This document shows positions 1 to 7,396 of a DNA stretch of 34,840 nt, piece after piece; the first letter of the stretch is position 1, and the number at the start of each line of letters is the position of its first letter. The stretch spans positions 1-34,840 of IMG/VR virus record IMGVR_UViG_3300020045_001708; one strand, given 5' to 3'. This DNA comes from a virus (Duplodnaviria > Caudoviricetes). The notes beneath the pieces are model-generated. The model was not told the DNA's origin, did not search any database, and worked only from the letters and a program-made list of their open reading frames with translations. The translations under genes and the position numbers were made by a program.

Positions 1-121
1 GCGCAGCGACTTGTGCGAATTGCGTTATACGTTCCTTACTCGCTGGTACTTCTTGTACTTCCGGTACCTCTGGTACTTCCGGTACCTCTGGTACTTCCGG
101 TACTTCCGGTACTTCCGGTAC
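1..121. repeat. Terminal direct repeat, left copy (circular assembly overlap)
   Basis: 1-121 matches 34720-34840 except C98 vs T34817. Confidence 0.95.
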
Positions 122-322
122 ATCGACCGCTTCAACTGTGTTTGATTTTGAACGGCGTTTACGTACAGTAGATACAGGTTTAACCGTAAAATCAGTGTCG
201 AATGGCGATAGTTGCACCGGTTCGTACGATGATGTTTGCTCAACCGCAACCTTACAATCTGAATTGCTCAAAAATACAAGTAATTCGGTTGTAGGGTTGG
301 TTATCATCAATTGTATTTTCAT
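1..322 (-). CDS. 5' part of a 150-aa hypothetical protein spanning the circular junction (MKIQLMITNPTTELL...(VPE)n...), not in the ORF track
   Basis: ATG at 322 sits 1 nt after the stop of 324..1115; the frame stays open through base 1 and continues at 34719; total length 453 nt. Confidence 0.8.
   Translation of the reverse strand, partial: MKIQLMITNPTTELLVFLSNSDCKVAVEQTSSYEPVQLSPFDTDFTVKPVSTVRKRRSKSNTVEAVDVPEVPEVPEVPEVPEVPEVPEVQEVPASKERITQFAQVAA
44..121 (-). repeat. 9-bp tandem repeat (GTACCGGAA and variants) encoding (VPE)n
   Basis: About 8 units read directly from the sequence. Confidence 0.9.
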
Positions 323-323
323 T

Positions 324-1115
324 TTAGTTCCTAATTAGTGGTAATAATATTTGATTCAATTTGCAATCTATAATGGCTAAATCTTTATTTAGCTGAGCTT
401 TAAGATTAAAGAAAAATATTGCATCGTTATTATTAGACGCGTTAATTGCTGATGATAACAGCTCTATACGTTGACTAAGCGTATCGATACTAGCTTCTAA
501 AGCAACCGCGCCTTCAACGCGAGCATCAGCAACCGTGCCTTCACACATAGCATCAGCAACCGCGCCTTCAACGCGAGCATCAGCAACAGCACCTTCACGC
601 CATGCCTCAGCAACAGCACCTTCACGCCATGACTGAGCAACCGCGCCTTCAACGCGAGCATCAGCAACAGCACCTTTACACATAGCCTGAGCGATAGCGT
701 CTTCACGCCATGACTGAGCAACCGCGCCTTCACGCCATGACTGAGCAACAGCGCCTTTACACATAGCTTGAGCAACAGCGCCTTTACACCACGCCTCAGC
801 AACAGCGCCTTTACACCACGCCTCAGCAACAGCACCTTCAACACACGACTTAGCAACAGCACCTTCAACACACGACTCAGCGATAGCGCCTTTACACCAC
901 GCCTCAGCGATAGCGCCTTTACACCACGCTTCAGCAACAGCACCTTCAACACACGACTCAGCGATAGCGCCTTCAACACACGACTCAGCGATAGCGCCTT
1001 CGGCCATGCATTTTAACAATCCTGCACTGACCAACCGACACGATCTAGGTGTGTCCAATTCATACGCAGCACCGTCGCTTACTTTAAAATTCTCGTTAAT
1101 CTTAATCATTTTCAT
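324..1115 (-). CDS. Hypothetical protein with 18.5 nine-residue repeats ((E/K)GA(V/I)Axxxx), probable beta-solenoid, with a C-terminal helical/coiled-coil segment
   Basis: 263-aa ORF with a GGGGT RBS-like site and a consensus promoter upstream; repeats are visible in protein and DNA. Confidence 0.8.
   Translation of the reverse strand: MKMIKINENFKVSDGAAYELDTPRSCRLVSAGLLKCMAEGAIAESCVEGAIAESCVEGAVAEAWCKGAIAEAWCKGAIAESCVEGAVAKSCVEGAVAEAWCKGAVAEAWCKGAVAQAMCKGAVAQSWREGAVAQSWREDAIAQAMCKGAVADARVEGAVAQSWREGAVAEAWREGAVADARVEGAVADAMCEGTVADARVEGAVALEASIDTLSQRIELLSSAINASNNNDAIFFFNLKAQLNKDLAIIDCKLNQILLPLIRN
501..1001 (-). repeat. 27-bp coding tandem repeat array (18 full units plus 15 bp)
   Basis: 501 bp = 18x27+15; units EGAIAESCV, KGAVAEAWC, EGAVAQSWR, EGAVADARV and others. 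Confidence 0.95.
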
Positions 1116-1140
1116 TTTATACCCCCAAAAGTACGATTTA

Positions 1141-1170
1141 ATTATAGATCATAATTATTTAACTTGTCAA
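1141..1170 (-). promoter_or_regulatory. Sigma70-type promoter TTGACA-N18-TATAAT upstream of the repeat-protein gene
   Basis: Minus strand reads TTGACAAGTTAAATAATTATGATCTATAAT; both hexamers are perfect consensus. Confidence 0.75.
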
Positions 1171-2749
1171 TTAATATCGTCATTTCTTTTTTAGACAACG
1201 TTTGCGCCGTGCCCACATCAATGCCGAATTCATGATAAAACTGGCGCTGGGCTGATGGTATATCAAGCTTACCGCGTGACCATTCGAGCATTAATGTTCG
1301 CAATTCAGATAGTGATTTTAACCGCAAACGATGCCTCTTTTTTATAGCGCCCATTATCTCAAGTGTTGCACCGTGAGGTACTTTAGGTTCGTCAAAAACA
1401 GCATCAAGTTGTTTTTTCAAATTCAACATGCCGTCGAACGATAACAAGCTTAAATCACCGTCAACATTTTCAGGTTTTGACCTAGATACAGGTAGTGTTT
1501 CTGTCTTGCAATACGGGCATATCTGACCCAATACAGCCATGTATACCGCCAAGCACTCAGGACAGGTTTTGGTACGGTCTATGATCGGCTTTAAAGTTTT
1601 AGTCTTATTCCGCTCACCTAATAATGACCAATTCTTAAATCGATCGAAGGGGCCATATCGATTAGTTAACGCCGCGATATTGCCAACATGGTCACATATT
1701 ATCGTTGGTTGCTTGCCCGGTACGAATCTTAAACCACGGCCCACATTCTGGCAAAATAAACTGAAAGATTCGGTACGACGAGCCAGAGCAACATATCCGA
1801 CATCCGGGATGTCAACACCTTCACCGAGAATGTCAACACTACAAAGCTGTAAGATTTCACCTTTTCTAAACCGGTCTATCGCACGAACACGTTCAATGTA
1901 AGGTGTTTTCGCACTAACAACCGCCGCTGGGATCCCTGCCGTGTTGAATTTTTCAGCAACTTCGGCGGCTGATTCGACATCAACCGTAAACGTCAGTCCA
2001 CGTACACCGTTAGCCTTTTCAATATAGGTGCGTACAATATCTGCAACAAGACGGCGTGACTTATGCGTTACATCGCGCAATTCTGGTTGACTGAAATCAC
2101 CGTTCGCAGTGTGCCGCACATGGGTGAAGTCAATATCACACTTGGGGGCGTACATGATGAACTCGGATAATCGACCACGATTAATAAGCTCACGGGTAGT
2201 CGGGCCTATAATCATTGAATCGAATACGCCGTCAGCCTTACTACCGAGACCATACCCATCAAGTCTTAACGGCGTAGCTGTGAAGCCGATACCGCTTGCT
2301 TTTGGATATTGTGCTAAACATTGCCCCCATATGTTTTTTCGTAAAACATGCGCACATTCGTCGGTAATCCATAAATCGGGTACGCGCAGATCATTCCGAT
2401 TATTCAGCGTTTGCACGCTCGCAACATCGACGCGGCTGTATTGATGGAAAAATGATCCGCCGTATAGCGCTAAATGAGCACGCACACACGATGTAACGAC
2501 CTGTTTGGGTGCTATGACATTATGCTTTATTCCGAATCGGGCTAGTGCGCAGCTCATTTGTATGATCAACTCAGACCGATGTGCAATAAGCCGAATTCGA
2601 CAATCCAATGACCGCACTAACTCAGACATCATGATCGTTTTACCCGCCCCGGTGGGCGCTACGATCATGACGTTTTTCATATCGGAATCAAGCTGATCGA
2701 GCGCTTCCGATACTAATTTATTCTGATAATCGTATAGTTTAATTGTCAT
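1142..2749 (-). CDS. SF2 DExH helicase (RadD/YejH-like) with C-terminal Zn finger
   Basis: Q motif LYDYQ, Walker A APTGAGKT, DECAH, FTATP, QNVGRGLR, CPEC..CPYC; likely start is ATG 2749 (MTIKLYDYQ) rather than 2785. Confidence 0.92.
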   Translation of the reverse strand: MTIKLYDYQNKLVSEALDQLDSDMKNVMIVAPTGAGKTIMMSELVRSLDCRIRLIAHRSELIIQMSCALARFGIKHNVIAPKQVVTSCVRAHLALYGGSFFHQYSRVDVASVQTLNNRNDLRVPDLWITDECAHVLRKNIWGQCLAQYPKASGIGFTATPLRLDGYGLGSKADGVFDSMIIGPTTRELINRGRLSEFIMYAPKCDIDFTHVRHTANGDFSQPELRDVTHKSRRLVADIVRTYIEKANGVRGLTFTVDVESAAEVAEKFNTAGIPAAVVSAKTPYIERVRAIDRFRKGEILQLCSVDILGEGVDIPDVGYVALARRTESFSLFCQNVGRGLRFVPGKQPTIICDHVGNIAALTNRYGPFDRFKNWSLLGERNKTKTLKPIIDRTKTCPECLAVYMAVLGQICPYCKTETLPVSRSKPENVDGDLSLLSFDGMLNLKKQLDAVFDEPKVPHGATLEIMGAIKKRHRLRLKSLSELRTLMLEWSRGKLDIPSAQRQFYHEFGIDVGTAQTLSKKEMTILIDKLNNYDL

Positions 2750-2756
2750 GATTACT

Positions 2757-2785
2757 AATATACGATATATTGATACCGTGGTCAA
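2757..2785 (-). promoter_or_regulatory. Sigma70-type promoter TTGACC-N17-TATATT for the helicase, probably leaderless
   Basis: The -10 box ends 7 nt before ATG 2749, and no SD sequence is present. Confidence 0.55.
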
Positions 2786-2804
2786 TTACCTTTAGGAAAA
2801 ATTT

Positions 2805-3254
2805 ATGACGATTCAAGAATGGCGTGAAAAATACAATATAGATGGTGAAGCTTTCAGCGAGCTGCGCCGATTACTTACAACACTCGACAAGGGGGATATA
2901 GCCGCCGCTCCGGACAACAAAGTGCATGATGAGAATTACGCAAAGACGCTCGTTCAACTCGAAGCCTCGCATAAAGGCTGGATACTCATGCGAAATAATG
3001 TCGGCGCGGGAAAGCTCGACAATAACCGCTTTATTAGATGGGGGTTGGCCAACGAGTCGCGAAACATGAACCGGCAAATTAAATCATCCGATCTTATCGG
3101 TATAAAACCAGACGGGCAATTCGTGGCACGCGAATGTAAACGACCTGGTTGGGCTTATCGTAATACAGAAGCTGAACAAGCGCAATTAGCGTTTATTAAA
3201 TTAATCAATCGGCTTGGCGGCGATGCCAAGTTCACAACAGGATCACTAGAATGA
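2805..3254 (+). CDS. VRR-NUC family PD-(D/E)XK nuclease
   Basis: RNNVGA...SSDLIG...FVARECKR...QAQLAFIKLINRLGG pattern; AGGA RBS. Confidence 0.85.
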   Translation: MTIQEWREKYNIDGEAFSELRRLLTTLDKGDIAAAPDNKVHDENYAKTLVQLEASHKGWILMRNNVGAGKLDNNRFIRWGLANESRNMNRQIKSSDLIGIKPDGQFVARECKRPGWAYRNTEAEQAQLAFIKLINRLGGDAKFTTGSLE

Positions 3255-3544
3255 AAATGAATACCATGAAACAACGATTAGCCGAAACAGCGTTAGACGT
3301 GGCTAAGCAATCAAGCATACGCGATCTTACACAAAAAAACGTAACAACACGTATGGGTGTATCGATGGGCCTTATACCTTATTATTACGGTTCAATGGCT
3401 AAATTTAGAAAGGCAGTTGTTGAACTAGCCATCGTCGAGAATGAATATGAGGTATTGGTTGATGCGATTGCAAACAACTATACTTGCTTTAGTGACCTGG
3501 ACACAATTACGCAAAAACACGTATTGTCTGTTTTTACACGTTAA
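3251..3544 (+). CDS. TetR-like helix-turn-helix DNA-binding protein
   Basis: KQRLAETALDVA...LTQKNVTTRMGVSMGLIPYYYGS resembles the TetR N-terminal HTH; ATGA-coupled to the VRR-NUC gene. Confidence 0.65.
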   Translation: MKMNTMKQRLAETALDVAKQSSIRDLTQKNVTTRMGVSMGLIPYYYGSMAKFRKAVVELAIVENEYEVLVDAIANNYTCFSDLDTITQKHVLSVFTR

Positions 3545-3565
3545 AAAAAGGCCGCTTGCGCGGCC
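3543..3565 (-). terminator. Minus-strand intrinsic terminator (GGCCGC-GCAA-GCGGCC-T7)
   Basis: 6-bp GC stem, GNRA tetraloop and 7 T on the minus strand only. Confidence 0.8.
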
Positions 3566-3590
3566 AAAGGAGGTACGACATGGATTTTCG
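3543..3590 (-). ncRNA. Putative ~47-nt cis-antisense sRNA over the primase RBS and start codon
   Basis: Bounded by the promoter at 3596-3624 and the terminator at 3543-3565; complementary to AGGAGG (3568-3573) and ATG (3580). Confidence 0.55.
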
Positions 3591-5703
3591 AGACCAATAT
3601 ATCACGTATTTTGATAACTGTAAAGCGATTTCCGCTGATTACGTATCACTTGTTAGCGCGTTTGAAGATATTCGTAGGGGTCGATGGTATAGCGAGATAA
3701 CAGCAATACGTAAAGCAAGCAATAAACAAGCGCGATCGGTACTCAAACAATCAACATTACCTGCGTTTGTATTCCAAGGGTTATTTGGTGGCAGGGGTGC
3801 TGATTCGCTACTTGAATCTAGCGGATTACGCTGCCTTGATTTCGATAATTGTGATATAACCGCCAAGGAACTGATCAAATGCTTACCGTATGTTATGGCA
3901 TGTTTTATCAGCCCGAGTGGGAATGGGCTTAAAGTTATAGTGCGATCATTCGCATCATGGGAGTGTATTAGCGAGGCGTTCTCGTTCTGGGGCCTAAATG
4001 TTGATGAATCGGGTAAGGATATATCCAGGCTGTGTTTTGCGTCATACGACCCTGATATTTACATTAATTATGATGCTGACGAGTTGATTGAGGTATTACC
4101 AACTGTTGAGTCTGAGCCGGCGGATGCCGCAACGGATAAACCGCTAGAGTGGTATCAAGAAGTTGACGCAATACGACGCATTACCGCGTGTTTTGGTGTA
4201 CCCGGCGATGGTGAACGACACGCCGCCCGGTTGCGAGTTGGTAAGCTGGCCGGTGGCTTCGTCTCGACCGGGCTGATTAGCGAATCGACCGCATGGGATA
4301 CGTTATCTCGATTATCCGATAGTGTGGCCGATGGCGGGACTACATCGAAAACTGAAGTCAGGGCGTTGCTAGACAGCTATCGATCTGGCTTATCTGTTCC
4401 GGTTCCAACTACCGCAAACGAACCCGTTAGATTTGTAAGTTGGCAAGATACCTTGGATTCAACGATAACCGCCATGAATGAAGTATTCTCATTAGTCACA
4501 ATAGGCGGTGATGTACGTATCATGGAGGGTGAAAACATCTTTTACAAACGTCATGGATTCATTACGATGTTTGAGAATCAAATAATACAGGTGGGTGAAA
4601 AGGAAGATAAGAACTCGTTAACCGGTACGAAGCCGATCATGATGGACATTGGCACGGCGTGGATAAAGCACCCTAAAAGGCGCACCTATACCGGCGGCCT
4701 GGTGTTTGATCCAACAAACCAACATTCTGAAAATCAATATAACACATGGAAGGGGTTTCCGGTTGAGCCTGTTAAGGGTGATTGGTCACTACTCAAATAT
4801 CACATTGACGAAATTATATGCGCTGGCGATAAAGAATCACAAGACTACCTATATAAATGGTTGGCGCGTGGATTTCAAATGCCTGAGAAGCAAGCCGGGT
4901 CAGCTATTGTCATGCGTGGTGAAGAGGGCAGCGGTAAAGGTGTGTTCGGACACTTCATTCGTAAGCTGTGGAATGGTCACGGTATGCACATTTCAAGTAG
5001 TAGCGCTTTGGTGGGCCACTTCAACGGTCACTTGGCTAATAAATGCTTCCTGTTTGCCGATGAGGCGTTTTTTCACGGTGACAAGAAAAATGAAGGACAT
5101 TTGAAATCGATGATTACCGAAGAGGTGATCGATATTGAGCGTAAAGGGTTAGACAAAGTATCGCAGCCTAACTACCTTAAAATAATCATGAGTACCAACC
5201 AGGAATATGCGGTCAATGCTGCCACTAAAGAACGGCGGTATTGTGTGCTCGATGTTGATAGCCGACATATTGATGATAACGATTATTTCGACGCACTCAT
5301 TGCGCATTGTGATTCGGATGATGTTAGAAGCGCGTTTTTATTCGATATGCTTACATTGGATGTGCGGCAGTTTCATCCGAATAAGATACCGCAAACACAA
5401 GGATTAAAAGATCAACGCACGGGCGCTTTAGATTCTATAGGACAGTTTTTGGTTGATTTTACTTCCGATGATATTGAACCGGTAGACTGGATTTCGTACA
5501 TATCAGGAAACGAACTCTATTTAAAATATATAAATTGGTGTTCGCGTAATCGAATATCTAATTACGATCAAAAAACTAAAGATAATTTTTGTAAAAAAGT
5601 ACATGGGATTTTTACCAGAACTCGACGCGACAACATACGATATTACAAATTAGATAATTTTTTAACCGCAAAACAAGATATTCGGGCATTTTATAAAATA
5701 TAG
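3580..5703 (+). CDS. Primase-helicase: VirE_N/BT4734-like AEP domain plus SF3 (DUF5906/D5-like) helicase
   Basis: SGLRCLDFD, FISPSGNGLKV and DESGKDISRLCFASYDP in the N-terminus; Walker A GEEGSGKG, Walker B FLFADE, IMSTN, ERRY; AGGAGG RBS before ATG 3580. Confidence 0.9.
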   Translation: MDFRDQYITYFDNCKAISADYVSLVSAFEDIRRGRWYSEITAIRKASNKQARSVLKQSTLPAFVFQGLFGGRGADSLLESSGLRCLDFDNCDITAKELIKCLPYVMACFISPSGNGLKVIVRSFASWECISEAFSFWGLNVDESGKDISRLCFASYDPDIYINYDADELIEVLPTVESEPADAATDKPLEWYQEVDAIRRITACFGVPGDGERHAARLRVGKLAGGFVSTGLISESTAWDTLSRLSDSVADGGTTSKTEVRALLDSYRSGLSVPVPTTANEPVRFVSWQDTLDSTITAMNEVFSLVTIGGDVRIMEGENIFYKRHGFITMFENQIIQVGEKEDKNSLTGTKPIMMDIGTAWIKHPKRRTYTGGLVFDPTNQHSENQYNTWKGFPVEPVKGDWSLLKYHIDEIICAGDKESQDYLYKWLARGFQMPEKQAGSAIVMRGEEGSGKGVFGHFIRKLWNGHGMHISSSSALVGHFNGHLANKCFLFADEAFFHGDKKNEGHLKSMITEEVIDIERKGLDKVSQPNYLKIIMSTNQEYAVNAATKERRYCVLDVDSRHIDDNDYFDALIAHCDSDDVRSAFLFDMLTLDVRQFHPNKIPQTQGLKDQRTGALDSIGQFLVDFTSDDIEPVDWISYISGNELYLKYINWCSRNRISNYDQKTKDNFCKKVHGIFTRTRRDNIRYYKLDNFLTAKQDIRAFYKI
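3596..3624 (-). promoter_or_regulatory. Antisense sigma70 promoter TTTACA-N17-TATATT with extended -10 TG
   Basis: Minus strand reads TTTACA GTTATCAAAATACGTGA TATATT. Confidence 0.6.
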
Positions 5704-5987
5704 GTGGCAGTAGGTGGCAGGAAGTTGGCAGAGTTAAGCTGTTGATTGTAATATAGATATGCCACCTTTCCATCTCTGCCATGTATTTTAATATTCTTAT
5801 ATAGAGATTTACACTTATCCACAGGGTGGGTTGTGGATAACTTATCCACAGGGTGGGTTGTGGATAAGTGTAATTATAGTATAAGAATTTGAAAAGGAGG
5901 TGGCAGGGTGTTAAACGTGACATTTCTTTTTAAAATCAACAGCTTAACCCTGCCACGCACCCTTAAAACGTGGCATGAAGGTGGCAG
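5703..5987. promoter_or_regulatory. Putative replication origin: GGTGGCAG-type iterons around a symmetric, AT-flanked core
   Basis: GGTGGCAG at 5703, 5713, 5899 and 5980 plus variants on both strands; nested inverted repeats centred at ~5841; non-coding gap right after the primase. Confidence 0.7.
5814..5867. repeat. Tandem 27-bp duplication carrying four perfect DnaA boxes
   Basis: CTTATCCACAGGGTGGGTTGTGGATAA x2; TTATCCACA at 5815 and 5842, TGTGGATAA at 5832 and 5859. Confidence 0.92.
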
Positions 5988-6020
5988 ACATCATTTTAAA
6001 CATAAAATTGGAGGCAAAAA

Positions 6021-6287
6021 ATGCACAATCCTGAGAATGTGGACAAACAGTATTATTTGGAACTAATGAAGTACCGAAGAAAGAAGCAAATGAAGGCTGC
6101 GCCAAAGGTAATTAAGAAAACATTGGCACGTTGGGCACAAGACCGCTATTATCGACGTAAGACGCAAGACGGCACTTTTAGACGAATTACGATTTACGTA
6201 AGAGACGAACATCGAGATATGATTCGAGAGCTTGAAGTGCAATTAAAAAATCTTTATATAAATGCTAAAAATAATTTGACAAGTTAG
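6021..6287 (+). CDS. Small basic protein, possibly ribbon-helix-helix-like DNA-binding protein
   Basis: GGAGG RBS; QDRYYRRKTQDGTFRRITIYVRDEHRDMIREL resembles RHH/MazE-like (DUF3018) patterns. Confidence 0.55.
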   Translation: MHNPENVDKQYYLELMKYRRKKQMKAAPKVIKKTLARWAQDRYYRRKTQDGTFRRITIYVRDEHRDMIRELEVQLKNLYINAKNNLTS

Positions 6288-6305
6288 CTAAATTTGATCT
6301 ATATT
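6276..6305 (+). promoter_or_regulatory. Sigma70-type promoter TTGACA-N18-TATATT, twin of 1141-1170
   Basis: TTGACAAGTTAGCTAAATTTGATCTATATT; 25/30 identical to the minus-strand promoter at 1141-1170. Confidence 0.7.
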
Positions 6306-6354
6306 GTATCCAGCGAATCGGGAATTAACCTGGTCGTTTTTGGAGGAATACAAT

Positions 6355-6879
6355 ATGAAGATTAACAAAAACGATAATGCAATAGATGTTTTAATAAACC
6401 TGGACGCATGTGACCACGCTAAAGAATGGATAGGCGATAGATCGGTTCAAGACGCATGGGATGACTGTCAGAGAGGTGACTGGATGTTATGGATTTATGC
6501 GAAAGTACACCCCTCAAACTTACGTGAATTATCTTTAGCGAAAGGATACTGTGCTAATACAGTGCGGGGTTCGATGAGGGATCCTAGAAGTATTGAAGCT
6601 GTGGACGCGGCTATAGCTTTTGGTGAAGGGCGAATAGACTTAAAGGAATTAAATAACGCTCATGCCGCTGCTAATGCTCATGCTGCTAATGCTCATGCTG
6701 CTCATGCTGCTGCTAATGCTCATGCCGCTCATGCTGCTGCTCATGCCGCTGCTGATGCTGCTGCCCATGCCGCTGCTAATGCTGCTGCTCATACTTATGC
6801 CGTCGATGCCGCTGCTAATGCTGAGAAAATTAATAGGCAACAAACTGCCTATATATGTAGGCGATATTTAGAATTGTAA
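6355..6879 (+). CDS. Imm5-like phage protein with an Ala/His/Asn low-complexity repeat
   Basis: GGAGG RBS before ATG 6355; DAC..AKEW...CQRGDWMLW and DPRSIEAVDAAIAFGEG followed by AHAAANA repeats. Confidence 0.65.
   Translation: MKINKNDNAIDVLINLDACDHAKEWIGDRSVQDAWDDCQRGDWMLWIYAKVHPSNLRELSLAKGYCANTVRGSMRDPRSIEAVDAAIAFGEGRIDLKELNNAHAAANAHAANAHAAHAAANAHAAHAAAHAAADAAAHAAANAAAHTYAVDAAANAEKINRQQTAYICRRYLEL
6655..6822 (+). repeat. Codon-phase minisatellite of GCY codons interspersed with NAT codons
   Basis: Reads CAT GCC GCT GCT AAT GCT CAT GCT GCT AAT and so on. Confidence 0.85.
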
Positions 6880-6900
6880 TTTAAAAATAGAGGATAGATT

Positions 6901-7068
6901 ATGAAACCGTTAACGTTTGTAGCTATTGTTACTTTAGTATGGTTATTTTGGTTGGCCGTGAGGCCGCTCGACCCTGATGCTTTTTCGAGAGAGTACGAAT
7001 CAAGTGATTATCAATCAGGATATGTTGGTGTTGAAGTTTATGTATCGGGGCAGAGCGATGATGAATAG
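6901..7068 (+). CDS. 55-aa membrane-anchored peptide (MKPLTFVAIVTLVWLFWLAVRP...), not in the ORF track
   Basis: GAGG RBS; N-terminal hydrophobic helix and acidic tail. Confidence 0.65.
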   Translation: MKPLTFVAIVTLVWLFWLAVRPLDPDAFSREYESSDYQSGYVGVEVYVSGQSDDE

Positions 7069-7228
7069 ATACGCTACATTTCATTATTCACGGTTCGTAG
7101 GATTCGTTGACGCACCAAACGAGGATAGGGCTCGAGTGAAGTATGCTAAGATGGTAAACACGCCGTACACTCAATTTACAGCTAAGCTTGTCGATGATGA
7201 AATCGAAATTAAAGGGGTGCAATCATGA
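7058..7228 (+). CDS. Hypothetical protein (MMNRYATFHYS...)
   Basis: Likely start at ATG 7058 or 7061, overlapping the previous stop; ATGA-coupled to the next ORF. Confidence 0.55.
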   Translation: MMNRYATFHYSRFVGFVDAPNEDRARVKYAKMVNTPYTQFTAKLVDDEIEIKGVQS

Positions 7229-7395
7229 ATGATATTGAAAATTCGGTACGTGCGGTTCGGCGTGCGAGAGCTGAATACGATTCTGCTTTATTAATCGATT
7301 TGAAGTTGGCCCAACGCGGTGCCATAATCGGTATATGTATGATTATTTTTCAAGCGTGTGTGATTGTTGCCACGCTTTTTCAAGTAGGGGGTTAA
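7225..7395 (+). CDS. 56-aa peptide with a C-terminal TM helix (MNDIENSVRA...AIIGICMIIFQACVIVATLFQVGG)
   Basis: AGGGGT RBS, ATGA overlap, hydrophobic stretch. Confidence 0.6.
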   Translation: MNDIENSVRAVRRARAEYDSALLIDLKLAQRGAIIGICMIIFQACVIVATLFQVGG

Positions 7396-7396
7396 A

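Noticed and set aside
25-338. ORFs 25..249(-) and 138..338(+)
   Set aside because: Shadow frames of the junction-spanning gene that starts at 322.
501-1001. 27-bp array as a CRISPR array or DGR
   Set aside because: Units are contiguous and in frame, variable parts recur, there are no unique 30-40-nt spacers, and no cas operon or reverse transcriptase is present.
497-1016. Alternative-frame ORFs 497..979(-) and 768..1016(+)
   Set aside because: They are open only because the tandem repeat lacks stops in those frames; no RBS.
5809-5873. Host oriC fragment or phage-plasmid replicon
   Set aside because: No dnaA, gidA or other host genes, no GATC cluster, and no recognisable ParA/ParB, plasmid Rep or integrase; the contig is phage throughout.
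5612-5923. 103-aa minus-strand ORF across the origin
   Set aside because: It is antisense to the primase end, and its repeated YPQPTLWIS merely reflects the DnaA-box duplication.
6649-6871. Poly-Ser and poly-Leu/Met ORFs
   Set aside because: Shadow frames of the Ala-repeat tract; the same applies to 13452..13739 opposite (EET)n and 23417..23740 opposite the Gly-rich gene.
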